From Macrostomum lignano (Eukaryota): DNA of 64,000 nt. Made by a program: the position numbers and the translations under genes. The DNA lies in assembly GCA_002269645.1 (NCBI GenBank), contig NIVC01000834.1, forward strand, positions 62,001 to 126,000, given 5' to 3'. Positions 36,743 through 49,500 of this stretch are shown here, piece after piece (within the stretch, counting starts at the first letter, position 1; each line of letters opens with the position of its first letter). The notes under the pieces were generated by a model. The model saw nothing but the letters and a program-made list of their open reading frames with translations, was not told the DNA's origin and made no database searches.

Positions 36743-39700
36743 TAGACAGGCGGACAGGCAGACAGACAAACAGAGAGACAGGCAGACATACAGACAGACA
36801 GCCTCAACTCGCCATCAAAGCAGAGCTCCAGACTCACTACTTGGCGCAGTCGATCAGCTGGTACTCATTGGACCGGTCAAAGGAGGCCCTGACGCCCGAG
36901 TCCTGCCAAAGCAGCGCCGTGTAGCGAAAGAACTGCTCTGGGTAGTCGAAGTCGGGCTTGGGCGCCTCAGTCTGCAGGTATTCGATGTAAGGCTCGTAAT
37001 CGGCGTGCTCTAGCGAAATCTGCGGCGTCAGATTGCTCATGGCGCCCGTGATGGACAGGATGGCGTCGCGAATGTTCTTTTTAATGTCCAAAATCTTCTG
37101 CTTTTTCTCTCTGTTAAAGGTAAAAATTGGTTTTGAAAGTTCAGAAACAATCTTGATAAAGATTTAGATGGAAGGACAGATTAACTGGGACTGTCACGCT
37201 AAAGTACTGAGTTCGATTCTTACATTAATTCAGTGCTTTTGCGCTCGTTAAGGTGTATTCAACATGCCAGTGAAGTATGAGACAAAACAGGCCTATGGGC
37301 TACGGTCTGCGATGCTTCACGCCTGCCCCCATCTTCAGCAGGTTAAGGCTGGTGGGAGTTCTGCAACCTCTATTTGCCGCTGGCAGCCGCAGACCACCCC
37401 CCCCCACGCTGTCTCGCAAGTCGACCCAGGGTACCCGTCCCCGCGAGTGTTCAAGGTGGACCCTAGGGCTGCCGGACAGACTGGGCTCCGGCGCTGGCTA
37501 CCCATCCAGTGGCTTTTGCCAAACTTGGGTATGCTGCTCTGGCTCGCCAGTCCGCAGGCTGTGGTACTGCTCAACGTACCCTCTAATGCCTAAGGTGTTC
37601 GACCGTGCCGATGGGCTGGAAGTCCAGGGAGTTGTCTGGTCGCTAGCGGTTCCCCTCCTGGTGTCGGGCCAGCCTTGAGGGTTCTTTTGGCCTACTGCCC
37701 GGTCAGGTGGAGCGGCTGGGTGGGTACCACGCCCCTTTGAGGGTAGCTCACCAACCTTTATCATGGTCTTCGAGCCAACTATGGATAATAAAACCTTATC
37801 TAGGGACAGGGACCCTGCTGGCGACACATGCTTGGGCGCAACCTTGGGATTCACTCGGCCGTTTCTATTGGCAACACACACATGTAAGTCGCTATTGGAC
37901 GAAATAGTAGTCACGTGACTGCTCTCAGCCAATAGCGACTTACATGTGTATGTTGCCAATAGAAACGGCCGGGTGATTCCCAAAGTTGCGCATGTATGAG
38001 GCGACACCAGGGGACCTCCCTGGGCGTTGCCAACCCTTCCTCCATAGCGACCCGTCGGCTGTTCAGGGATTAGGGGAATGGGTGTTTGCGCCTTCCCGCT
38101 GTATAGAAAGTCAAGGCTGCTGTACACTCTGAGGGAGCATATTCCTGCAAAATAGGTACTGACTGTATGCATTCTCAAAGTAAAACAACTATTTCAAAAG
38201 GCTATTCCACTATCCAGCAAAAGCTCAATGTTTTTTCATTCTTTCATCTTCCATTTATAAAGGGCAATTTTTTAGAAATTGAAAATTGGTCAATATAAAC
38301 AAACTTACTCTGGAGTGAAGCCGTCAATGTGCAGGATTCGCATCTGCTTCACAATTGTACTTTTTCCTGACTCTCCAGCGCCTAAAATGTTTACAATAAA
38401 AATGAGAGTTATAGAATAAATTAGACTTATCATTTAAACTCTAGTATGAATATTTCAGTAAAGTTGATAAAAATTATAGGGTCCAAAATTTTTGAATCAA
38501 CTGGGAGTATAAATGCCTTATAACTAGAAAGTTGGGCCAATTTACACCTGCATATAGTTATTACATGCTTGTAGATGCTCAGGAGCAAATTGAGCAGAAT
38601 TGTTGAAGCAATAATGATGAGATAATATGACCAAAGATACTGCACAAAGGTGTCTAAAAATCTTGCAATTAATAGTGCTATTAAAACCATATTGCTTTTA
38701 TCATATCAAATAAATAAATAAATCCCATTTTCTACCTAGAGTTAGGATTTATAATTTATCAAATATAGAAAATTTACAAACTATTTAATTGAGAATTTGA
38801 ATTTTCTTTTTGCATTTACAATTCAAAATAAATCAATAACTTTATTGTGATTAATCTTTATATCTTTTTTCTTTTAAAATAATGACTAAAATTAGAAAAT
38901 ATATTAATTAGGTGAAAATAAAATCTTTAGTATAACCCAAAGCTTATCTAGCATTAGCTTATCTAGTACTACAAGAGTAACAGCTTATTATTTCCAATAA
39001 AATAAGTTTTAGAAACTCTTGTATCATACTCAAGAAGGTAGCACATTATACATTAGAATACACTTTTGGAATGATCTATATGCTCTTTATACACTATGAA
39101 TTCTGGTTGTTTTGCCCCCAAACTGTTTTGGTCATGGACATTTCGCCCCCAGAACAATTTGCCCATAGTCCGTTTTGCCCATAAACCATTTTGGCTATAT
39201 GCATTTTGGCCAAAATGGTGAATATGTAATTTAGAGATACAGCCATGCAGGTATCTTTCTTTTCTTTTTTTCAATGCTAATTTTTAGTTTTAATGTGAAA
39301 AAACTATGATCTGAATTGTTGCTACAATAATTGTGTTATTGCAACTTTGTTTATTACAATTGTAAATTATTATGAGTTTTTTAAAAGTCATTTCTTTCGA
39401 AAGTGTGACAATTAAAGCCAATTTGAACAGCTGAGGATAAGAAAAGGTTTTGGTTTTATAGCAAGGTAAAGACAGAAATACTAAAAGAATAAGATGTCAC
39501 CAAAATTGAAAATTTAAGAACAGAGTTTAAAACTGTAAAGTTTAGAAATGGTCCATGGCTAAAACAGTCTATGGATGAAATGGTCTGTGGGCGAAATGGT
39601 CTGTTGGCGAAATGGTATAGAGGCGAAATGTCCATGGCCAAAATGGTTTATGGGTGAAACGACCGGTTATGTACACTATTTATATAATATTTCTAAGTAT

Positions 39701-40503
39701 GAATATATATTTATAGGCTAGCCATAGCATAGGGTAAAAATATATCATAATTAAATATTGAAGAATACAAGTTAGATTAGGAAGTATAGAAACCCTAGCT
39801 AGAATTTTCTATAACAAAAGTAAAGCCAACTTTTTTGACTATAAGTATAGCCTATACAAACCAAGCTAGGTACTTTTAATCTGTCTAGACTATAGCCTTG
39901 ATATATTAATAAGAGTTGCAATAAAAATTGGTATATTTCTATTAGTTATTATATATTAGGAATATTAACTTTAGCAAATAATATTTATTTCAATGCCTTT
40001 TTTACTATTTTCAAAATCATAATTTACAAAGGAGTTCTCTTCTATTTATCTAACTAAAATCATCTACCTTTTAATCACATTTTGCTTAAAATTGTTACTT
40101 TTGAGTTTGAAAAATTTACAAGAACTCATTCTCTTAAAAATAAAAAATCAATTAATATATTTATACAATGACTGAGAATTATGATTGATGAAAAATATAT
40201 TTAGGAACACTTATTTAAGGCCCATATGATACATTAATACTAAGCACAATGGACAACCTTACTGCAATTTTTTTTACTTTCAGGCAGCAAATATTTTTTA
40301 AATAACTAAGACAAATGCACATCGAAAATGTCATTCTCATCCTTATAAAATAAAAAACAAATATGAACTGTTATCATACCCAGAAGTAAAAGTCGATGAG
40401 TTGACTTGTAATCCTTTCTCTCCTTCTCAAGCTTTCTTTCAATGTTTTTCGAAAGTTCACTTTTTTCCGTTGCTAAATTCTTTTTTCCACCAAAACAACC
40501 CAT
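31593..40503 (-). CDS. GNAS: Heterotrimeric G protein alpha subunit, Gs class, 375 aa, 7 coding exons
   Basis: Exons 40503-40380, 38381-38309, 37110-36838, 34469-34161, 33000-32867, 32408-32341, 31739-31593 total 1128 nt in frame with GT-AG junctions. MGCFG N-terminus, G1 [20 protein letters not shown] (Arg equivalent to the cholera toxin site), DVGGQR, FLNKQD, TCAVDT. The C-terminus [11 protein letters not shown] is diagnostic of G-alpha-s. Confidence 0.97.
31810..32220. repeat. Intronic minisatellite, 16-bp unit TTGTACACTGTTGGAT
   Basis: Direct reading. Last intron of the G-alpha-s gene. Confidence 0.93.
32450..32760. repeat. Intronic tandem repeat of alternating ~22-bp units (AATCCGCCTCTAGAATACTCATT / CCCTAATCCTCTTCTAGAATACT)
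   Basis: Direct reading. Confidence 0.8.
33055..34125. repeat. Intronic minisatellite, 22-bp unit TTCTAG(G/A)GCTGCTTCA(A/G)GGAG(G/A), ~48 copies, degenerate at both edges
   Basis: Direct reading. Confidence 0.93.
35413..35697. repeat. Intronic minisatellite, 30-bp unit GAGATGCCATGGCTCAATGGGGGAGTT(G/T)CT, ~9.5 copies
   Basis: Direct reading. Confidence 0.93.
36390..36800. repeat. (GACA)n microsatellite abutting a G-alpha-s splice donor
   Basis: Direct reading. About 100 tetramer units with GATA/GGCA interruptions. Confidence 0.97.
37827..37998. mobile_element. 172-bp foldback MITE, copy 2 (8-bp TSD, hAT-like)
   Basis: Homologous to 1902-2073 and the same length. Flanks TGGCGACA (37819-37826) and AGGCGACA (37999-38006) match at 7/8. 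Confidence 0.8.
39098..39671. mobile_element. MITE-like element with inverted subterminal tandem repeats in G-alpha-s intron 1
   Basis: Left TTTTGCCC/TTTCGCCC-type repeats (39105-39215) mirror right GGCGAAATGG repeats (39545-39664). Flanking 8-bp direct repeat TACACTAT at 39090-39097 and 39672-39679. Confidence 0.6.
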
Positions 40504-40518
40504 TTTGCTTTATTAAAT

Positions 40519-40535
40519 CTGAAAATGTCAGCTAC
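40519..40535 (-). promoter_or_regulatory. 3' splice acceptor (CTGAC..TTTTCAG) 15 nt upstream of the G-alpha-s ATG: 5'-UTR intron or SL trans-splice site
   Basis: Minus strand reads GCTGACATTTTCAG|ATTTAATAAAGCAAAATG. A candidate donor (ACG|GTAATA) lies near 41050. Confidence 0.45.
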
Positions 40536-43531
40536 TTGACAAAAATCGGATATTCAATTAGACATAACAATCTACAGTAAACTTTTATAAAAACTATTAA
40601 TTAAATGCAATACTAACTAAAGGCTAGGCTACCACTACCACAACTATGCTTAATGAGTAGAATTGGCGTTTTCTGTTTTTCTAATAAGTTTAGTACCTTT
40701 CTTTCTACCAAACTTGTTACGTTAAAAAATCTGGCGCGATCATTAAAATATATTTTATTCAAAGTTCGTGCTTCGTTATTAACGCTTATGCAGTTAAATC
40801 ATCTAAATGTAAAAATGAATACTATGCGAATTCCATACTACAATCTAATAACTCAATTTAGAAGACAATTTCTACGTAAAATTTAATTAAAAAACTTTAA
40901 TTGCCCCTCAGTTAATTTTTAAATCAGGTCTAGGAGCACTGTGAGTTTTCAAATTAAAAACTACAGTCAACTTTCACCGCTACCCTCTCTTCACCTTCCA
41001 ATAGTATATCGGACTAAAATAAAAAAGGGGTTTCTAAAATATTACCGTTTTGGTTCGGTTCCATAGTGAGAGAAATCGCGTGGTTTCCTACATTGGCAGT
41101 ATACCGATTGTATTGGAAGAATACGATGTTTTCATATCGCGAATCGAAATTCTGCCCGTTATTTTTCTAATGATTAGATTTACTTACGCTACCTCTATGT
41201 CATGAAAATTGCATGCATGTTTTAACATAAACTGCAACAACCTGAATCTTTCTACGACTACGATCTTGCTCGTACACCACGTCTCATAAAAGCAGAGCGC
41301 AGATTTCGCAATCCTGACTAACACGATCGTTTTTGATTTCTTACTAAGTGCGGTTTTTCACTATCCAGAAGACTCTACCATTACTTGCTGTACCCCCCCC
41401 CAAGCAGTTGGTGTCGCTTTAATGATCATCGACCATTCTACTGGTCTCTAAAGTACGCGCTGTAGACTCGTCCCTAATGATATAGAACCCATCTACAAAT
41501 AATTATGATATTGCATGTGTGCCCACAAAGAAAAACATCAGCCCCAAATAACTTAGTATCAAAGTTCTTTGATTAAACTGCTTCCTTTCAAGTGAAATGG
41601 CGTCACTGTATGGAATGTAAATTGACTAAATAGACTGCGCGCAGCTAGCTTGTAGATCTTTCATAGCTCATTTGTACATGTAAACAATTAATATAGCAAT
41701 TTATAGCAATTTATAGCAATCTGATCAAAACTACAAGAGCCTGCGCATGCAAATGGTCACACTGAGATATACTATATACAATTCCACATACTAAACTGTA
41801 CATGCATGCATAGGTCAAAGAATCTACTATTTAGTAGTCCTTGGCAGACAGCTGGTAGGTGCGTGAAATCGGCTCCGATGCAATTACATGTACTGTGTAT
41901 GAACATGCACATGCAAGCATTCAATTTCACAGTTTTATTCTGTACATGTAAATCCAACGCCTATTGCCCAATATGCCGTTCCGTTCAAATAATCTATACG
42001 CATGCTCAACTTTTCGCAATCGCTAATTAGAGCTAGAGATTTAAATCAACTAAATAGGGCATATGAATTAAAATATAACAGGTAATTATTCATCCCGAGT
42101 TATATCAAATACATGTGCGTAAATACATGTAGACATTGTACATTGAAATATATTCAGATGCATGTACATGTACATGTAGCTTATACTAAGATTTCTATAA
42201 AAAAGGAGGGCACTACACTACTGTAGCTTAAATTTCGTACAGGATATCACAGTATCAGTAGATGCGAAGTGTTTGTGTACGTATTTCCTATCAGAGTTCA
42301 TTTATAAAGTTTTTCGACTATACTGCACAGCGGAGCATGTTCATGTCTCGTGCAAGGACAAGTTAAGAACGTAACAGCTTTAATGAGTCCTAGTCACGTG
42401 GAACATTCCGACGTACATGTACGAGGACGAGGAGTAACCGACATCGTACATGTAGGAAGTCACGTGCAAAAAGTAATTTTTAAATTGCTCTGGAGAATGT
42501 CGACGCCATCAATCAGCTGAGCGTCGGGTGATGTGAAAGTTTCCACCGACATCGCTGTTCATATCTGACATGTAAAGGGTTTATTCAGCTCGATCTTCCA
42601 AGTGTATTACTGGACGTACAAGTAGTAGAAGCATCAGCTAAATTACTAAATTTATGATTTTTCTAAAGCTAGAGAACTTGAGTGGGTCGTGTTAAAATAT
42701 TGCACGCGGTAGTGTTATTTGAATTATGTGCATTCACGTATACATTTTAGCCGCTATATACATGTATATAGAGAACCTTAAAGTGAGTATTAGTCTTCTA
42801 GAGCTCTGTATATGAACTCTAAAAATCGATGTTACAATATGTTATAAACAGTATAACTGTACATTGGCTGTCCATACAGTTTGCATCCTTTGATGTTTAA
42901 AATCCAAAATTCTAAATTATCAAATATTTTAACAATATGCCTACGCTAAGGGATTATATATTGTCAGGCGGACAAGTCTCACTGTCAACAATTGCTGCTG
43001 TGTGTGCTATAAAACTTGCCAATGTGAGTGTGGATCCAGCTGAATTCCGCTTCTATATGCTCCCACTGAGAGCGTATTAGGCTTCGCTGGAACTGCATAT
43101 CTGGCTGCATGCAACTATGTAGAAACTGCTGGTAGAAGATTCTTTGCCTTCCTGACATCGCTAGAAGAGCTTCCTCTAGAAGGCTTTTCGTTGCTTCTCC
43201 TTGCTTTCCCACTCATCGATCGCTGCGAATTTCTAAAAGGCGAATCTGCTGTTGTCTCCGCTCTGTCCAGTAATGCCCTCCCAGCAGGGCCAGTCACCAA
43301 CCCCAGCTGAGCCTTGGCGCCCTCTCTGAGGGGAGAAATTTCATTTCTTTGTATTTCAATAATACGCTGCTGTGCTCGGCTAAAGTTGACTGAGACCAGC
43401 GAGAGACTAAACTTAGTACTCTGCTGGGGGAGAGGACTATTTCAGTAGCTGGCTATTCGAGCAAAAACAAGCCGCAGTCTCCCTTGACGTGTCGCTGACG
43501 CATCGTTGTTCGTCCAATTTCAAAAGCCGTG

Positions 43532-46500
43532 ATGAGGCGGCAGCGGCTATTGCCGCCAATTTTACTTTTGCTGGCACTGATTTTGCTGCTGCTGGACTGC
43601 GGACAGTGCAAAAAGTCAGGCTCCGAGCATGGTAGGTACTGTAGGCTGGTAAGATACACAGGTGTAGCATCTGCACTGCACGAACTTTCTCATTGTCAGA
43701 CAGTGCCAATTGCGTAAACATTCCATGCCAATATAGAGATTTGAGAATTTTCTCTTTTGTGAGCATGGAAACTGTGATTGATGCTGTAGCATTCTGTATC
43801 TGATTCACTGATTCTTCTGATGTTGATTCACTACGGATTGCTTTCACAAGATCGAAATTTCACATCGTGGAAGACAGTAAACCTTACAAGCTCTCGATCA
43901 AAGCGACAGATATATGTTGTACAGTAGTGTTTACTATTTATAGACTTTAACCATGGCGTAAGAATTTAATCAAACGACTTGGCCTAGCAGGTTGCCCTCC
44001 AAGATCGGAGACTAAGTCGGCTTGTCGAACTGACGGACTTCAAAGCGTGGTTATCACGCTCTACAAATGGAATCCCTATTTGAATCGGTGCCAGAGGAAC
44101 ATACAATTAAAAGAGGTCTCTTGCGACAAAGCCGGCGCTAAAAAAGGTGGGAGTAAATGATTTTTATTGTCTAGAAATTCTCAACTCTGTTTTCAGATAT
44201 TCTTTACGCCCGATTACCAAACAAAGAAACAAAGACAAAGCTCTGACAAAGATCTCAATTAAAATTAAAGTGAAAACAGCGTCACAAGGCTTTGAAGCAA
44301 ACGTAGGCCTGATCTGTCTGGGGCGGCGTCGCCATCAGCTAGCAGGCAGTCGACTAAAAGCTGAGTGCACGCATGCCTGCCTGCGTTTCCATATTTTTAT
44401 GTGCCCAGAAATCAGTGGAATAGACAGAACTGGCTCAGCACTGCTTGCTGAAAGATGTCGCCGAAGTTGTTGCGAAAGGGTGCCCAGAACCCTCCTGCGA
44501 AAGCATGTACGTATGTTTAAATTTGAACAGTACAACCCGACACAGATAATGTGGCCTGCCATCTGGAGTTTCCAGCAGTGCAACAGGTCTACGGGTCTAC
44601 GAGTACTTGCTCCACTTGAACTTTCGACGCCATCTACATCAAATCAGCGAACTAACAGCGCCCTTAACTAATAACCACATTTAATAACCTTAACTAATAA
44701 CGACAACATTCCAAAGAAAGTCTCTCTAATTGTAGTCCTCCATAAAATGGCTATGCTTTCCCAAAAACAGCCCTTCAACTGACAGCACGCACCTATCAAA
44801 GAGCCTCGGATGATAATGAACACTCAAGCATAAACCCCGAAAATGGCAAGTTCTTTAAGAAATCTACTGTGCCTCACGCTCACGGTCTTAATCAATGCCC
44901 AGGACGTAGGGGCTAACCCACAAGGCAAAATGAAGTGTAAGCATGCCTGACGATAAATAAAATTAGGGTCACTGTAAACTCCTGCGTGTGTGTGCCTGTG
45001 CGAATGAAAAATCCGCGCATTTGTGTGCCTGCTGAGGCGTCGTCGGCAAAATGGGCAGTAATGCCTCTCGCCGGTTGTGTGACAATGTCGCTTGAAGAGC
45101 GCCAGGGTGCACACAGCTTCTGCCTCTAATAAAAAAATAAATTCTTATACTCGATACCCCCACTCAGGCGTATGCCCGGAGCCAAGAACGGTGGAGCCAG
45201 GGTCCTGTAACAGGCGCAACAATCGGCAGAAGACGCTGGTGATGCACTACGAGCCGGACGGCAAAGGCGGCTGCGTCCTGCACAAAGACTTCGCCTACCC
45301 GAACTGTCCGAAAAAGAAGCCGGGTGGTAAGGATGACTCCGACGGGTGTCCGGAGCCGCGATACTACCAGAAGCCTTGCACCGGTCGGCACAGACAGGTG
45401 TTCAAGTTTTATTACATTCGCGGCAAAGCTAAACCTGGTAGCAGTTCTGCACACGAATGCATTGAAAAGACGTCTATAAATGTGGAGGCTTGCGGCGCTT
45501 TTGGTAAGTTTCCAGCAATCACAGCACAATTTACGCTTCTTGCTTCACCCAAAAGTTCGCAATTCCCAAGCTTCAGAGCTTTAATTCCCAAAATTCAGAT
45601 CCAGCGAAACGTTGTCCATCGCCGAAAGTTGTCGAGAGAGGCCGCTGCAAAGACAGCTTCAGGACGTTGATTCGCACCGAATACTCACGAGATCCAGCTG
45701 GCAAGTGCGTCGAAAGCTCGCACAGCGTAACAGAGAGTTGCGGCGATGGCGAAACGGAAGAGCAGCCTTGTCCGCCAAACGTACTGAAGCAGGGACCATG
45801 CGTTGACGGCCTGCGGCACATCACCCGACAGTACTACGAGCGCATCAAGAAGGAAGGCAACCGATGCGTTCGCAAATTCAGCATCGAGAATCGGCCCTGC
45901 GGCAAGCACAAACCGGGCGTGTGCCCAAAGCCGCGCGTACTGGAGCCGGGTCCATGCACGGACGGCCGGACACGAGTGCTTGTGGCGCACTACGAACCCG
46001 ATCCGAAAACTGGCCATGCAAGGAGCAGCGCACCTTTACTGTCAAGACTTGCGGAAAACACAAGCCAAAGAAGACCAAAGACAAAACAACCAAAGCCGAG
46101 GAATGTCCTGACAAGGCCTACTCCCAGGGTCCGTGCAAGATGGGCTATCGAAACTTGTTCACCTTCAGCTATACCTACTCAGCCGATTTGAAACGCTGCA
46201 TCAAACACGTAGCACTAAAACGGGAGCAGTGCGCCGCGTTGGGTAACACTAAATTTCCGCATCCGCTCAAAGATTTACTTATATGATAAAAATTTCTAAC
46301 TAATAGCTACTTTCCATTTTTTATAAAGTTGCCACAGAAGCTTGTCCATCTGACGACACCGTGGAGACAGGGCCTTGTAAGAGCGGTTTCCGCACCAGCA
46401 TTCTTTATCACTACTCGCGCAACACCGAGGGACACTGCCAAAAGAATGTGAAGAAGGTTACTAGTCCCTGCAGATCGAAGAAAGCAACTGGTGAGTTTCT

Positions 46501-49500
46501 GGTTTAGATTGGCTGCTGACAGTAGCAAACGAGTGTGATTTTGCTGCTCAAAACTCATTGCAGAATGCCCTCCAAAGCGAGTGAAGAAGGTTGGAGGCTG
46601 CGAGGACCGGATCCAAAGGTGGCTCACAGTCTACTTTGAGTGGAACAAGCTCAAGGGTCGGTGCGTGAAGAAGTTCAGAGCGAGAGAAAAACCGTGTAGA
46701 GAGGCTGCCTCAGGATCTACAGGAGCTGCAAAGAGTGAGTAGACCAACTAATTATCTCGAGCACGTACTGTACTTAGCCACATTCCGGTACAACAGTCGA
46801 GCTACAATACTTCTCAATCTTCAATCGTTACCAGGTAAAAAGTGTCCGAAGCGACGAGTGATGGAGCCCGGACCGTGCATTGACGGATCCAGAAAGGTGC
46901 TCGTCGAGCATATGAGTACAGTGAGAAGCGAGGTCGCTGTATCGCTCACAGAGACTTCATGCATCAGAAGTGCGGCGAGAAGGCCAAGAAGAAAAAGAAG
47001 AAGTCTACTCCCGGAGTCGACTTGAAGCACGAGTGTCCGGAGAAGACGGTCAACCAGGGCGCGTGTCGGAAGGGGGGCTACAGGACAGTGAGCACAGTGT
47101 ACTTTGTGTTTGTGAAGGCTCTGGGTCGATGTGTGAGGAAGGTCAAACAGGAGGACGAGAAGTGCGCCTTGCTGGGTAAGACATTAGCAATATTTTAATC
47201 AAAAAATAATTTTTCGATATGATTTTTTGATCCCCACTGTACCATGCAGTACGAGTAATTCTATCTTGTCTTGTATGTTGTTTTACCTTGCACTTAATGG
47301 TATTAGCTACTGCATTTAGCGCTTGTACTCTGCCTTTATGGCGAGACTGATATTTTCAGTCAGTCAGAAAGGCAGAAACTGCTGCAAAGACGTACTATAA
47401 ATGTTTTGATTGTCTCCGGAACTGTTCTTCTGTCTGAGTGTGGCACCACACCAAGGCAGGATTTTTAAACACCTCAGGGACCAATTTCATGAAGCACTGC
47501 TAACTGTTACACTGTATTTCACAGCTGCTAGTGAACTTTTGGTTTTATGAGTCTAGCTGTTGTAAACAGATTTTTACCAGCCTGCTAACTTTTGTCTTCA
47601 CGAGCTAAAGTTTAGCATCCTTGATAGGCGACTAAGAATGGAGATTCCACTTTTCGACGCGCTTCAAGCAGCTGATCTCCCGGTCGATAGTCGTCTGCCG
47701 AGAGAGTTTAAAGATCGCATGAATTTCGCCGCCGCTGATGACTTTTAGCAGCGCTTCCGAATGAACCCAGAATTACGTTCAATTTCTGGCGGGGGTCTTT
47801 TGGCCCGAAGTTGGAATACGATGCGCCAAGAAGTAGAAGCTTGAGCGCACGTGAGCAAACGCTGACCACTTTGCGATGCTACGCACCCATTAGTTTCTAT
47901 CAGACGTACTCTGGGATGCAAATGGGCCTTCTGAATCGACAGTGACAAATTTGAATTCGAAGTCACGAAATGCCGCTTCACTGGCCCAACGTCAGCGAGC
48001 TCCGAATATTTGAGCCTTCTCGCTTTAAAAGAGCCATATTCGCCCCCACATGCATGTAGATGTTTGCCTATGGCACAACCTTGCTGTTAACTGGCTGGCT
48101 CTGCTAGTTAGCAGCTCAGACATGAAACCAAAATTTCTCAACAGTCGGTTAGCAGCGTGAAGTGGGCCCAAAAGTGTATTTTTTGAAACAAATAGCTAAT
48201 GATTGCATTTTTTGCGCCCACCGTTACTACACTTATAGCGCTTCACTTACTTCATGTAATCTTAATATGCGCAGCAGGGTTGAGGTCAGCATCCAATGAA
48301 TTATTATCTGTTGCTCTGTTTAAAAGCTTAAAAGTTCGTGCACCTGCAATTTGTCGTTGGTCTTAACAGCTCTCGCCATGGCTTGAATAGCTTGTATGCA
48401 TCAGGATCTAATGTACACGTACTTTGATCTTGATGTAGTGAAAGTTTTTGTGTACGCTCGTATAAACATAACGCAAAAATTTTAATACCCGAACGCATGG
48501 CGACAAATTGAGGGATAGCTACGATTTTCTACTAAACGCATTCAAGCCTTTCTTTAGAACAATGATTCGTCCACAAAAGGATATTTCATCTACATATTTA
48601 GGCCTGTAATTTTTTCATACATCGTCATTGATTACGAGTATGTATCGAATTATGACGTTAAGCAGGGCTTTAACAAGTGCAAGTAGTTTACAATACTCAC
48701 AGTAATGAAGTAAAAACTGAAATACGGATTTTTCGCCATAGTCTGCTTCTTTTGAGTGCAGGCGTTTACTTCTGAAGCTAAAAAGCAAAGTTATATGATA
48801 TAATATACACTTTATATTGAAAATTCAGTGAAAAACAAGAGCTGCCCAGCGGACGTTACTCAAGAAGTCGGACCCTGCGTGAACGGGTACCGCACTAACA
48901 TCGTCTACACATTCAAGAGAGATCTGGAAGGTCGATGCGAGAAAAAGTCCAAGAAGATCACAATCACTTGCAGTGATGAGAAAGCCAAAGGTAAATACGA
49001 CAGTACGTGTTTGAATTTTTCCAGGTAGTTCTGGATTAACACTGAATTGCCCATTTCGATAATTTCAGTCTGCCCTCCAAAGCGAGTGAAGAAGGTCGGA
49101 GGCTGCGAGGACCGGATCCAAAGGTGGCTCACAGTCTATTTCGAGTGGAACAAGCTCAAGGGTCGGTGCGTGAAGAAGTTCAGAGCGAGAGAAAAACCGT
49201 GTAGAGAGGCTGCCTCAGGATCTACAGGAGCTGCAAAGAGTGAGTAGACCAACTAATTATCTCGAGCACGTACTGTACTTAGCCACAATTCCGGTACAAC
49301 AGTCGAGCTACAATACTTCTCAATCTTCAATCGTTACCAGGTAAAAAGTGTCCGAAGCGACGAGTGATGGAGCCCGGACCGTGCATTGACGGATCCAGAA
49401 AGGTGCTCGTCGAGCACTATGAGTACAGTGAGAAGCGAGGTCGCTGTATCGCTCACAGAGACTTCATGCATCAGAAGTGCGGCGAGAAGGCCAAGAAGAA

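Noticed and set aside
36296-36769. DRQT / SVCL repeat ORFs
   Set aside because: (GACA)n microsatellite.
37260-38178. GC-rich intronic stretch with a 226-aa minus ORF, possibly a non-LTR retrotransposon 5' UTR
   Set aside because: No RT or endonuclease motifs. The ORF runs through the MITE palindrome, so it is not a credible protein.
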